The notes below the pieces were generated by a model, which saw only the letters and a list, made by a program, of their open reading frames with translations, was not told the DNA's origin and did not search any database. Positions 19,751 through 32,165 of a stretch of DNA of 64,000 nucleotides are shown one piece after another (within the stretch, counting starts at the first letter, position 1; each line of letters starts with the position of its first letter). Made by a program: the position numbers and the translations under genes. This DNA is from Eledone cirrhosa (Eukaryota): assembly GCA_964016885.1 (NCBI GenBank), contig OZ024740.1:418562001-418626000 (forward strand). Reading direction: 5' to 3'.

Positions 19751-19960
19751 CCCTTTAGCCTTTAAACTGGCCGTACCTTGCCAGAATTCTCTCACCTTTC
19801 TGTCAAACCGGCCATAACTGGCCCCTCATACTGACTTTAAGGTATTGTTCTCAAAATAAATATCAACATCTCATAAATTCGATATTATGTGAGATAATGA
19901 AGTAAAGCCTTTACCATGAAAATACAATAGTAAATATAAAGTAATGTAAATGCTAAAGGG
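19751..19960. mobile_element. piggyBac-like MITE
   Basis: TIR ccctttagccttta / taaatgctaaaggg with t(c)aa and ttaa flanks. Confidence 0.7.
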
Positions 19961-20104
19961 TTAATAGAAAGTACTCCTTGTCCAAATGGCACACATAGCA
20001 CATTTCTTACTCTAGTTACACCCCTGGCAACCAATAAGCATCAACAGAACATGTTAGTAGGAGCATCTAAGTCTCTAGCATCGTAAAAATAAAGGGAAGA
20101 GACA

Positions 20105-20285
20105 ATAATTGTTTCTACTATTGGCACAAGGCCAGCAATTACCCAGTACATTACTGGTACTTTATTTTATCGACCTCGTAAGGATGAAAGGCAAAGTTAA
20201 CCTCGGCGAGATTTGAACACAGAATGGCAAGAGCCGTAACTCTATGTGTCAATGCATGGTGTCCGACACTCTACCAATACTACCA
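20105..20285 (-). mobile_element. Older SINE family S2 (ggtcgataaaataaagtaccag core)
   Basis: Related pieces at ~33560-33710(+), 35045-35400(-, two copies), 41195-41285(+). Confidence 0.7.
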
Positions 20286-20819
20286 ATCCACGTAGTCCAA
20301 AATATTTGATAATGTAGCTCATGTTTTATATTCAACAGTAGTTTAAATCTCAGAGATGCTATAGTAGACAGTTTTATGTTTATACTTATTGTGTTGGATA
20401 TCAACTTCAACAGCTGTTTATATCCTGTCCCTGCTTCATGACATAGGGCTCACCATATTTGTTTGGAGAGAATATGGTATTCAATAAACTACAACATTAA
20501 ATATTGTTGTGAGTCCATATGTTGCAAGCCATAAGTGTTATTTTACATTTTCATACATTTGTATACATACACATATGAAACACACACATTACACACATAT
20601 ATAATTGTTTCTACTTTTGGCACAAGGCCAATAAAGTACCAGTAATGTACTGAGGAATTGCTGGCCTTGTGCCAAAAGTAGAAACAATTATATATGTGTG
20701 TATATCATCATCATCATCATCATTTAATGTCTATCTTCCACGCTAGCATGGGTTAGATGGGAATTGTCCCACTTGAGGCAAGATTGGTCGGGTGACCGTG
20801 TCTCACTCGTATAGGACTA

Positions 20820-21178
20820 TATCATCATCATCATCATTTTACGTGTGCTTTTCCCTGCTTGCAAGGGTTGGACGGGTCCTATTCAGCACAGCATCTCTCC
20901 ACTTGTCACGGTCCTTCGTCATCTCCTCGGTGAGTTTCAGCAATCTGAGGTCTGCTCTCACCACCTACGCCCATGTTTTACGTGGTCTTCCTCTACTGTG
21001 TCTTCCTTCTACTGGGATTTCTTGGCACTTCTTTACCCAGCGGTCATCCTCCATGCGCATCACATGTCCATACCATCTCAGCCTTCTCTCCTGCACACCA
21101 CAACTTATCCCTCTTATACCCAGTTTCTTTCTCAACTCGTCCATGTTTGGTCTTTCACGCACATTGACATTGCACACA
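20820..21178 (-). mobile_element. RTE family B 3' fragment
   Basis: [24 protein letters not shown] then (GAT)n; relatives at 22037-22325 and 34195-34410. Confidence 0.88.
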
Positions 21179-22036
21179 TATATATATATATATTGAGACC
21201 ATATATAAGCAAGATGTAGACTCCTTTGCCTGTCTGGGAGATGAGTAGCCCTGCTTCAGTACTGACAGTCTATGTAAACCTCTCCAACCCTTGCGAGCAG
21301 GGAAAGTGGACATTAAAACAATGATGATAATGATTATATATACATAATATTGAAGTTCACATCAAGCAGGTTAATAGTGAGTAGGATACAACTGCAACAA
21401 GGAATTATACAAACAGACGAAGAATGCACAACAAACCCGGGACATGATTTTTAAGTAAATAATTATCATATTGATTTTTTATTAATCTCTCTTCAATGTA
21501 TGTATAGTGCACACACACTTTCCAATGTGTAATATCATAAATGTTTTGAGTCTTAAAGAGTTTGGTGGTATTTTTATGACTAGGAATATAGTGTAGCAAT
21601 GTATCTAACAGTAGTATTGGTTTTGTTTTACATTATTTCACCACATATCATTAAGGAAGAGGACTGACTGTCTGTGTGTATATGTTATGTTTATGTCTGC
21701 TTTTTCCATGTTGGTATAGGTTGGACAGGACTTTGGGTGGCAGTGCTTTACAACCAGGTCCCTTTACTGGCACCAAACATTTTCATCTCTTACAGTGTGC
21801 CTATTCTAAAACCGGGTTATACAGTCTCTGTGTGTGTGTGTATATATATATATATGTTCACAGTATATAGACCAGGAAGATCACAAATCGGGTTTAAATA
21901 GAGTAGGTATAGATATCTTGTAAAATCCCAATGGAGAGCCTTGCCTGTTTCAACAGACCTGTTGGCTCGCTTCAAAATAGAGAAGGCTATCTGTTGGGAT
22001 GTGACTGAATATAAATCTATCTATATACACACGTGT

Positions 22037-22325
22037 ATCATCATCATCATTTTATGTCCGCTTTTCCCTGCTTGCAAGGGTAGGTCGGGTCCTATTCAGT
22101 ACAGCATCTCTCCACTTGTCACGGTCCTTCGTCATCTCCTCCGTGAGTTTCAGCGATCTGAGGTCTGCACTCACCACCTCCACCCATGTTTTTCGTGGTC
22201 CTCCTCTACTGCGTCTTCCTTCTACTGGGATTTCTTGGCACCCAGCGGTCATCCTCCATGCACATCACATGTCCATGCCACCTCAGTCTTCTCTCCTGCA
22301 CACCACAACTTATCCCGCTTATACA
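22037..22325 (-). mobile_element. RTE family B 3' fragment
   Basis: GPRKTWVEVV...[13 protein letters not shown] + (GAT)n. Confidence 0.85.
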
Positions 22326-22401
22326 GTTTCTCATATATATATATATATAAACCCATACTAGCGTGGAAAATGGACGTTAAACGAAGATGATGATGATATA
22401 T

Positions 22402-22745
22402 ATCATCATCATCATTTCATTTTATGTCCGCTTTTTCACTGCTTGCAAGAGTGGGATGGGAACTGATGCTGGCTTGATTTCTACAGCTGGATGCCCTTCC
22501 TAACACCAACCTCATTTACAGTGAGTGCTGGGTGCTTTTTTGCCGTGGCACCTCCACGACCACTTTGCAGTAGAATGATAGGGACCCCAGTCCCTATCAT
22601 CTCATTTCTACAGCTGAGTAAACTGGAGCAATGTGAAATAAAGTGTCTTGCTCAAGGAAACAACACATCACCTGGTCTGAGAATTGAACTCACAACCTTT
22701 CGATTGCAAGGCCAATGCTCTAACCACTAAGCCATGTGCCTCCAT
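22402..22745 (-). mobile_element. SINE S1 copy
   Basis: Reverse complement of 1628-2026. Confidence 0.9.
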
Positions 22746-23061
22746 GATTATATATATATATATAATCATCTCCATTTAATATCTATTTTCCATGCTTGCT
22801 TACATTAGGCACTCAAGTACCGAGGCTATACTGGTCAGGTGATTATGTCAAGCTCGTATGCTCTGTTTTTAGATTGTTTTCTATGCCTGGATGTTCTTTC
22901 TAAAGTCAACCAATTTACAAATTGTACTGGGAGCAATTTATCATGACTTCGGAATAACCCCTTTACAGTGTGGACTGGATTTTTTTCTTTTTGGCATAAC
23001 CATTACTGCATTCATGTTGCTCCTGTATACACAGCTGAACATGAGTACTAACAATAGCCAG

Positions 23062-23176
23062 GGGCTTAACCCTGCAAAGGATTGGCGTCCTGTCACGAGG
23101 GGAGTCTTGTCGCTTCACGCCTTGAAACCAGGATAAGCACCAGCCTGATGAGCCCTCTGGCTTAAGACAGACTTTG
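23062..23176 (+). mobile_element. Old SINE central-domain relic (V-domain-like)
   Basis: aaccctgc..ggattggcgtcctgtc..gtcgcttcacgc..gaaacc.ggataagc..gcctgatg; family recognition from memory only. Confidence 0.45.
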
Positions 23177-23296
23177 ACTACCGCATTATGACATTAAGGT
23201 ACTCAGTATGTCTGTGGTTAGGCTGGGGAGGCATTAATGGGAGAGGAGGTGCAGGCTAAATGCTGCTTTCTGGGATATATACATATATATATATAT

Positions 23297-23907
23297 GGTG
23301 ACTGCCAACTCGTTTTCGAGTACGGCCACTACTTTATATCCATGTAGGAGAACCCCTACCGATGCACTGAACGAATGTGACTTTTTAGTCCAGCCAGCGA
23401 CTTGAAAACTATGGTACAAACACTACACTTGTGACAATTATTGACACACAGTGCTAGGCCCATGGTACCATGTGACGACAAGTGCAGAGAGATCTCCAGA
23501 TATAAAGCAATGCCTGTGCCGTGAAGCTTTTATAGTGAGCAAAGGCACTGCACAAAGCCAGTCCCACTCTCTTAACCAAGATGATATTTACCAAAAAGAA
23601 GAACAAGTCAACATCATTGGATACCATCAGGGTTGCAGGTGTTATATCAGAGTTTTCCTTCTCCTAGAATTCTGCTTTGAGAAAGGCTAAGGGGTCATCT
23701 CTCCCAGTGATTTTGGATGGCCATTGACTCTTAAGAGCTCCTTTGCCCTTTGACAGGTTTTTTTTGCCCATGTCAGGTCACCAGTTGGTCCTACTGGTAA
23801 CATGTATCCCAGTACAACCTGTCTCATGGTCGGGTCGTTGGTGACTAAACTGGCAACCCCACCAAGGTTTCTTGGTGAGGAGGGTGACTTTGGACATCCT
23901 GCAGGAC
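23297..23907 (-). mobile_element. Second copy of the 2294-2900 retroposon with inverted 5' segment
   Basis: 23297-23765 is the reverse complement of ~2432-2900; 23771-23908 is a direct copy of ~2294-2431. Confidence 0.85.
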
Positions 23908-24108
23908 TATATATATATATATATACGTACACATACACACACACATATAAATATCATCATCCTTTAATGCCTATTTTTCTGTGCTTGCATGGGTTAAATG
24001 GGTTGTCACACTATAAGACAAGTCAGGTCAGAGACCACGTCTTGCTCATATGTATCTGTATATTAACTTAGTTAATACAGCTGGATGCCCTTATATACAT
24101 ACATATAT

Positions 24109-24445
24109 GTGAAGGTGCATGACTTAGTGGTTAGAGCATCAGGCTTACAAACATGAGATTGTGAGTTCGATTACCAGACCAGACGGTGTGTTGCGTCCTT
24201 AAGCAAGACACTTTGTTTCATGTTGCTCCAGTTCACTCAGCTGTAGAAATGAGTTGTGACGCCACTAGTGCCAAGTTGTATCAGCCACTTTCCCTTGGAC
24301 AACATTGGTGGTGTGAAGATATGAGATTGGTATGTATGGCCGATTGCTGGTCTTCCACAAACAACCTTGCCTGGACTTGGCCTCTGATGGGAACTTTCTA
24401 GGTGCAAATCCCATGGTCATGCATGACTGTAGAGGTCCTTTACTT
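24109..24445 (+). mobile_element. tRNA-derived SINE with S1-like head and a different body
   Basis: tgacttagtgg A box, gttcgattac B box, ccttaagcaagacactt core. Confidence 0.75.
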
Positions 24446-24639
24446 TTTTATACATACATGTGTATATATATATACACATACACACACACATATATGTATG
24501 TGTGTACATGATGTACATAATGCAAGAATGGTAGTAGGATGGCAGGCAGACTAACAGGAAAGGTAGACTTTGTATGTAATAAATGTACAGGAATAGTTAG
24601 TAGTAAGAGCATCAATGAAATAAACCTTTTCCAATCCTA

Positions 24640-25155
24640 GGAAGGATCCATAGAAGAGGTTGATAGCTTCTACTACCTAGGCAATCTAATTAGCAGTGGA
24701 CAGGGGTGCTCCAAGAATATAGTAGCTAAAATAAGAACGAAATGGTAAAAGTTTAGGGAGCTACTACTTCAGTTGAGGACCAACAAAAGGCCGGATATGT
24801 GCAATACTGCATGACAAGTGAATGCAGAGGACAGGTGAAGTCTGGAGAGAAATGAAGTGAGCATGCTTCAATGGATGTCCCATATTAATGTGTGTGAATG
24901 ACAAAGCATGGATGAATTGAGAGAAAAAATTGGGTACAAGAGGAATCCAAAGAATTGTACGAGACTGCAATGGTATGGACATGTGATGCACATGGATAAT
25001 GATCACTCAGTGAAGAAATACATAAAAATTCCAGTGGAAGGAAGTGAGTACTGATCCTAAATCACTGAAGCTCGCACAGGAACACGAGTCGGGGATGTTA
25101 TGCTGAAAAAGACCCATCCAACCCATGCAAGCATGAAAAAGCAAGCAAATGATAA
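24640..25155 (+). mobile_element. Decayed RTE 3' fragment
   Basis: IEEVDSFYYLG and WYGHVMHM remnants with stops; RTE tail. Confidence 0.7.
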
Positions 25156-25739
25156 TGATATATATAAAAAATGACACGTGGTAGTGGGGATAATATCCTA
25201 CCAGTACAAAAAGGGCTCCTCACAGTATGCCTTTGAAATAACCTAGTCCAACTCCTGACCTTCTTGAACAACAGTCTTGAAGTCAAGCAGAATTACACCC
25301 ATGAACAAGAGAAGGACCAAAGGTGGGTGCTGGCACTGTATAACCAGTACTTTGGGTAGATGGAACTCATCAGCATGGGAAATGTAGTCCATCTAAGAGG
25401 GAAAACCTGTTATCAAAGTTTCACTGTCTTGCAACCATACCCACTTATGGGAAGAGCTTCGGATGTAAACTCTGAAGGGAAATTGAGAGCAATGGCAACT
25501 GCTACAACATTGGTGCCAAGCTGTATTGGTGTTTACCTTTCCTTTGGACAACAGGTGGTGTGGACAGGAGAAACTTGCAGCATAGGCAACTGTTTATCTT
25601 CCAGGCCAGCGCCTTAGAGAGCACATACAAGCATCACCTCATCGCGATAGCACAGCACAGAAAGCTTGCACTTGATTGGCATAGAGCAAGATGCAAGGGG
25701 TTGCTTTCAATAGGGGGAGAGGCTATTGTTTCTCACAAG

Positions 25740-25990
25740 ACAGTTACAGTTCCAACATTTCTGTTGGCTGGGCCAAATACACCACATACCAAACAAGTGG
25801 GTCCTAAAAGATCTGCTCTATGGAGAGATGGCCTCGAACAAGAGAGCACAAAGGCAACCACATCTTTGTTTTAATGATAGCTGTAAGAGTGACAGGTTGC
25901 CATTGAACCTAAGTATAGAAAGGTGGGAGAACATTGCAAGCGAGGACTTGGGATGGAGGCTATGTACAATGGAGGTGTGCCTTAAATACA
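25740..25990 (+). mobile_element. Decayed BovB-like RTE C-terminal fragment
   Basis: WLGQIHH..KDLLYGEMASNKR..WENIASED. Confidence 0.7.
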
Positions 25991-26126
25991 TTTGATCTCC
26001 AGAACACACACACACACACACACACACACACGTATGTATGCAAAAAGTAAACAGAAATAACAAAGCAAATGACACAGTACATTGAAGAAATATATTAGTT
26101 TTACGCTTGATATAGTAAGAAAAGAG

Positions 26127-26162
26127 TCTTAACGTTTCGGATGTTAGTCCTTCATCAGAAGA
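26127..26162 (-). ncRNA. Minimal type I hammerhead ribozyme (Penelope-type)
   Basis: Minus strand: tctt CTGATGA a gga-ctaaca-tcc GAAAC GTT aaga. Confidence 0.65.
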
Positions 26163-26466
26163 TAGAATGAGAAATTATTAATAGAAAGATTGAGACAAGC
26201 AAGGTAGATATATATATGTGGATATATATATATATATATTGTTTAATCAGTATCAGCTTTATGACGGGGGGGGGTCTGATTAACAGTTTTGATAATTGGC
26301 CATTATTGTTTTGAAACAAGAAAACCATGGATGACAGAGAAGTTTAGAAAACAGTGTCAACATGTAGAAAATAGAACTTTCCCCACCCCCAAAATTGTTA
26401 ACCATGAGCCTAAATCAGAAACCATTCTTACAGATAGCCATGTATGCTGGAACAAGAAAACCATGG

Positions 26467-26795
26467 ATCATCATCATCATCATTTTACGTCCGCCTTTTC
26501 CCTGCTTGCAAGGGTGGGACGGGAACCGATTCTACAGCTGGATGCCCTTCCTAACACCAACCTCATTTACAGTGAGTGCTGGGTGTTTTTTTGCCATGGC
26601 ACCTCCACGACCACTTTGCAGTGGAATGATAGAGACCCCAGTCCCTATTATCTCATTTCTACAGCTGAGTAAACTGGAGCAATGTGAAATAAAGTGCCTT
26701 GCTCAAGGAAACAACACATCACCCGGTCTGAGAATTGAACTCACAACTTTTCGATTGCAATGCCAATGCACTAACCACTAAGCCATGTGCCTCCA
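26467..26795 (-). mobile_element. SINE S1 copy
   Basis: Reverse complement of S1. Confidence 0.9.
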
Positions 26796-26974
26796 TAACA
26801 GAGAATATGAGAAAACACAGTTTCAACATGTAGAAATACATAAACTATTTCCTAAGACACACAATCTAAGTCTACCAATGTAATATAACTCTATTCCTGG
26901 TATGTGAACATACTGATTGACATAACCAGTAAGTACTTGACACTGTCCAAAGGGTGTAACTCCCTGTGGGTTAA

Positions 26975-27191
26975 CCCTTTAGTTACCAGCCAAACCAGCT
27001 CTGGTTCTATGAAATAAAGCCACCCATTTTAAAGGTTTGCAATTTAAGTTAAAATCTTCCAACATAATTTTATATAAGACCCTTGCATTAAGTTACTATC
27101 TTAGTAATGAAATGATTAATAATTTTAGTAAATCCTTCAAACTTCTTCATTAAATAGAGTGTACTTCATTAGAAATGTGGTCATGAAAAGG
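26975..27191. mobile_element. piggyBac-like MITE
   Basis: ttaa-ccctttagttacca ... tggtcatgaaaagg-ttaa. Confidence 0.5.
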
Positions 27192-27341
27192 TTAAAGGGT
27201 GTCAAAGTAGAAGAGAGAGACCCACCTGAGAGGGCATGTGTTTAGCTGATTATATATATATATCACCCCCCCCCCCCCCCCATTTGTATTTGTCCCTTCT
27301 TTTTATGCCTTTATGGTAAATAAAGAAATCTATATATATAT

Positions 27342-27721
27342 ATCATCATCATACGTCCGCTTTTCCCTGCTTGCAAGGGTGGGACGGGAACTGATACTGG
27401 CTTGATTTCTACAGCTGGATGCCCTTCCTAACACCAAAACCTCATTTACAGTGAGTGCTGGGTCCTTTTTTTCCGTGGCGCCTACACATCCATTTTACAG
27501 TGTGGGCTGGGTGCTTTTTTGCCATGGCACCTCCACGACCACTTTGCAGTGAAATGATAGGGACCCCAGTCCTATCATCTCATTTCTACAGCTGAGTAAA
27601 CTGGAGCAATGTGAAATAAAGTGTCTTGCTCAAGGAAACAACACATCACTTGGTCTGAGAATTGAACTCACAACCATTCGATTGCAAGGCCAATGCTCTA
27701 ACCACTAAGCCATGTGCCTCC
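27342..27721 (-). mobile_element. SINE S1 copy
   Basis: Reverse complement of S1. Confidence 0.9.
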
Positions 27722-27862
27722 TAGAGAGGGAGAGAGATCGAGAGATCAGGAAGACCACAAATCAAAGACATACCTGATACATGGTATGTCTGATTCGTGG
27801 CAGAGTGGTTACATTAATAAAAGTAGATGATCTACCGTGAGCTCAGTAGTTTCAGTTAGTTA

Positions 27863-27909
<47 letters not shown>

Positions 27910-28199
27910 GTCATCGCTTATATGTCCACATTTCCATGCTGGCATGGGTTGGACAGGATGTTTTGAGAATGTTTTACAGCCGTATGCTCTTCCCAACACC
28001 AACCTTTTAGCTTTTAGATTCCTCTTACGACTTACAGAGATAGTGTACCTATTCTAAAAACCATATGTACACATGCGCACTCACACACGATGCACACATT
28101 ATGCATGCGTTCACTATCAGAAGTTGTGGCAGATATTTATTTCCTTACATATATCTATATATGTGTATGTGTGCATGCATGTATATCATGCACCTTTGA

Positions 28200-29370
28200 C
28201 TGGTAGGTGTTAAGAAAACTAGACATAGATGAATGACTTGCGAGAGCAATGCAAGCTATTTACAGAGTTGTCAGTAAAGTGAGAGTTGGCAGTGGATTCA
28301 ATGAAGAATTTTATGTGCATCAATGCTTGGCCCTTGTTTATTATAGTGCTCCGGGTCACTACAGATGAGGGACGTTTAGGAGGAGTTGCCCATGGGACCT
28401 CTGTATGTTGATGACCTAGTTTTTATTGCCGAATCTATGGAAGAAATTCCTGCTGTTGAAACAAACTTAGCAAAGACTATAGTTTTAGCAAGTAAGAGAG
28501 ACAAAACTATGATGAAAATGGCAATGTTCCATGTGTAAAAAAGGAATAGGTAGGAATTCCATAAAGTGTATTCGATGTAGAGACCCAGGGGTAAACCACA
28601 AGCAAGATGGTTGGATAACATCCACGAGCTTCGCTGGTCTCACTTGGGGATCCAGCCAGATCAGTTGGAGATGGTTGCTTCTGACAGGACCTGCTGGAAA
28701 GAGTGTTTGAGGACTGCTCCCACTACCCTCTCAGGATTAAGTGGGCAAAGAAGAAGAAGCATTCAATGTAAATTATGGGTACACAAGAGGAGTAGTGAGA
28801 TTGTCAGCAGGCTAACAGAGTAGGTAAGCTTCACAGATGGCAGATGTACAGAGATTGTTGGTTGTAAAAGAATCGGCAAAATAAACTTTTTCCAATCTGT
28901 GGAAGGTTCCATAGAAGTAGTTAATAGCTTTTGTTACCGAGGTAACCTAATTAGTAGTGGAGGAGATTTTGCTGATAGTAGCTAGAATAAGAACAATGTG
29001 GAAAATGTTCAGGGAACTACTACTACTGTTGACAAGAAAGGGATTTTCTCTCCAAGTAAAGGTTAGATTATATGATACCTATGTCAGAAGTGTGGTATCA
29101 TATGGCAGGCAGACGTGGACAGTGAATGTGGAGGATATACAGAGTCTGGAGAGAAACAAATTGAGTATGCTTTGTTAGATATGAAATGTTAGTGTGCATG
29201 AATGATGAAACAGAGATGAGCTGAGAGAGCAAAACTGGACATAAGAAGAATCAGATATAGCGTGAAGGGGAGGAGATTGTGTTGGTATGGAGTGTAGTGT
29301 ATATGAATGATGATTGTTGGGTGAAGAAGTGCCATGAGCTCCAAAAGAAAGAGAAGACCAAGAGAAATGT
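28200..29370 (+). mobile_element. Old decayed RTE (family A-like) with a nested RTE 3' end at 28581-28759
   Basis: PWDLLYVDDL, CKLWVHKRS, ARIRTMWKMFRELL remnants; insert ends in (GAA)n. Confidence 0.8.
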
Positions 29371-29399
29371 ATGTGCTACCTGTAGGTATGTCTGTGTGG

Positions 29400-29700
29400 T
29401 ACAGGTATGGCTGTGTGATTCAGATGTTTGTTTTGCAACCACATGGCTTCAGCTACCATTTCACTGTGTGGCACCATGGGCAAGTGTTTTCTACTGTAGT
29501 TTTATGTCTACCAATGCCTTATGAGAGAAACCATGTGAAAGCCCATTGTGTGTCCAGGTTTATCTCTATATGTCTTCATATTGAAACCACTTAAAAATCA
29601 ACAAGTGCCATTTGATTATATCCTGCAGCTTAACAATTCAACAGGTGATGGCCAATGGAATAATTGCCATACTTAAAAATGAAATAGCATACTGCCTCAA
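29400..29700 (+). mobile_element. Old tRNA-derived SINE (caggtatggctgtgtg head)
   Basis: tggctgtgtga A-box-like, caaccacatgg, cactgtgtggcaccatgggcaagtgt core. Confidence 0.65.
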
Positions 29701-29760
29701 AAAAGTCTCCTCAACCCATACCGTGTTGCTTGCTTTGTTGATTCCATTGACTTTTTGTAT

Positions 29761-29793
<33 letters not shown>

Positions 29794-31227
29794 GACACAT
29801 ACACTCTCACATACTTGTGGATACATCACAACTCGATTTTACATACAAGCTTTACTATTGAGGTTTCATATGGCCAGTAGACAAGTTACATGCTGGTTTT
29901 ACACATCCTATATCTATTCCATAGATGTAGGATGTGTAAAACCAACATGCAGAATTACACAAAAGTATATATGATATACTTAAATAAATATATTAGAAAG
30001 GGCATTGGAAGGTAAAAACTCTGCCAAAACTGGATTGTGGGATGTGACCCCTGGCCTATCTAGTGCTGTAGTTTTGATTAAGTACCAACTTGATCTATAA
30101 CAGCCCATCCAACTTAGGCCACGTTGGAAAAGCAAATGTAAAATGATATCTACAGTCTGTTTCTCTAGCTATATAGATATGTTTATTTGTGAATTTGTGT
30201 ATCCTATAGCATCTTAAAAATGACAATGATTGATCAAATTGCTAGAAATAGCAACCCAAACTCCCTTAAAATACACATCCAATGGTCTTTGAATTACAGC
30301 CAGACCATATCCCTGATTGCAGTGATCAGGGATATGGTCTGGGGGAGCCAAGAATGCTGGAAGTCGCCACTGCTTTACCAGAAACCTATCAAAGAGAAGC
30401 TATTGGTCAACCTGTGGCTTCAGTAGATGCTTGCCTACTTTATAATCAACACATAGTTGATTATAAAGTGCAACTGAAAGAAGGTATGAACTATTGAAGC
30501 AGAAAATAAAGAAACTGGCTTTCACAACAAACTGAATCCTTAATAACTTTGTTTCAATTCATGATCATAGGAAGGTGTGAACATAACAGAAATCTCATTT
30601 CCTCTGTTGTAAACTCAGAGAACTTTTTGCCTCGACCAAAGGAGCCGACTGCTGTTGCTTTTATCTTTCTGTTTACAATGCAGGCAAATATAAACCCCTT
30701 AGAGACATATATATATATATATATATATAGGAAAATGTTTAACCCCGACGGCAGAGCTCAAGCCGTTTCGACGGCTATTTCTGGACTTTTCCTATTATCC
30801 ACTCTACTACCCCAAGTATTGAGTAGTCTGGTGTGTTATGGTCCATCTGGTTCCTTACCACACCTCCTTCGTTATATATACACACACACACATATCATAC
30901 TTACATCTGAATAGATAGATAGATATGTCAGTAACATAACCAACTACAAATATACTGACCCTCACACTTCAACCGCTTAATTTAGTAAAACACCTAATTG
31001 TGTTTGGCATATTTCTTTTTCTCCATCACTTTTTTTTCTTTCTAATTTACCATTTGTAATATCATTTAGAGAATTAAAGTCCAAGTATGTTCCCTGAGAT
31101 TTGTTTGTTTATTTGTCAATAGTATACAGCCTAAGAGTGGCTCAAAATCTCCTGGATTGAGCTCCAAAATTAAATCACAGTATGAAATAAGAAAATTCTT
31201 TTTTTTTTTCAATCGAAATGATGGAAA

Positions 31228-31620
31228 CTTCTTCACGCACTTATTCCCAGGAGGGTCATAGGGGCAAAGTTCACAAATACTCCTTCCAGAGGGTCATGGG
31301 GCAGAGTTCACAAATACTCCTTCCAGAGGGTCATGGGGCAGAGTTCTCAAACACTCTTCCAAGAACCTATCAGAAGCAACTGTCTCCAACTGATCTCACT
31401 GAATACCCAAGCAAGACCAGCTCAGCTTATGGATGCTATCCAACCATCTTGTTTTGGGTATCCTGCCAGTTGGTTTTGCCTGTAAAATCTTTCTAGTGAT
31501 TATTTCCTGAGACATTCTAACCAAATGCCCCTAGTATCAGAGATGTGATCTTTCAATTCAGAGAAGTAGCAGCTCTACTTGGAGTAACTCTCTGATCTCC
31601 GAGCCATGAACTCCATTGAG
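31228..31620 (-). mobile_element. RTE 3' fragment (same family as the 28581 insert) with ~35-bp triple repeat
   Basis: Reverse-complement match to 28581-28759; gagggtcat(a)ggggca.agttc x3. Confidence 0.7.
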
Positions 31621-32165
31621 TAACATTACTACAAAGACCCTTTGGAGGAACCCCATTTTGGATACTTGCATTCACAATCATATTCTTTTGTTCATTACAA
31701 TGATAGAAACAATTTTTAAAAATCTAATTTTACAAGCTGTATAATATCTTCAGTCCTAAAACCCATGTAAAAACATTAGTTCAGAGAATAGAAGTATTGG
31801 GAAAGGTAACCAGATAAAAAAATATCTGCTCTTATGTAGTGTAAAAAATAAGTTTAAATCCTGATAAGCTGTGACATTGAATCAACAAGTTTCATTCATG
31901 GTTAACTAAGTGTGCACAGCTGTTGAAAGTTAATAACATACACATACTTCATTCATATATTTTACTGAGTGGATAATTGTTAACATTAAAAAAAAAAAAA
32001 TCAATATCAAATAACTTTTAATATCATAAATAATTTGAGTTCATAGTAGTAGTTGTTTTTCAGTGATGAGGTCTTAATATATAACCTAAGTGAGAATGTT
32101 GTACTTTGAAATACAAGCCATTACTTTATAATCAAAGTAAGGGATTGTGTTTCTGCCCTCTATAT

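Noticed and set aside
23118-23162. Type II hammerhead (GAAA...CTGATGA)
   Set aside because: Stems II and III do not pair; better explained as a SINE domain
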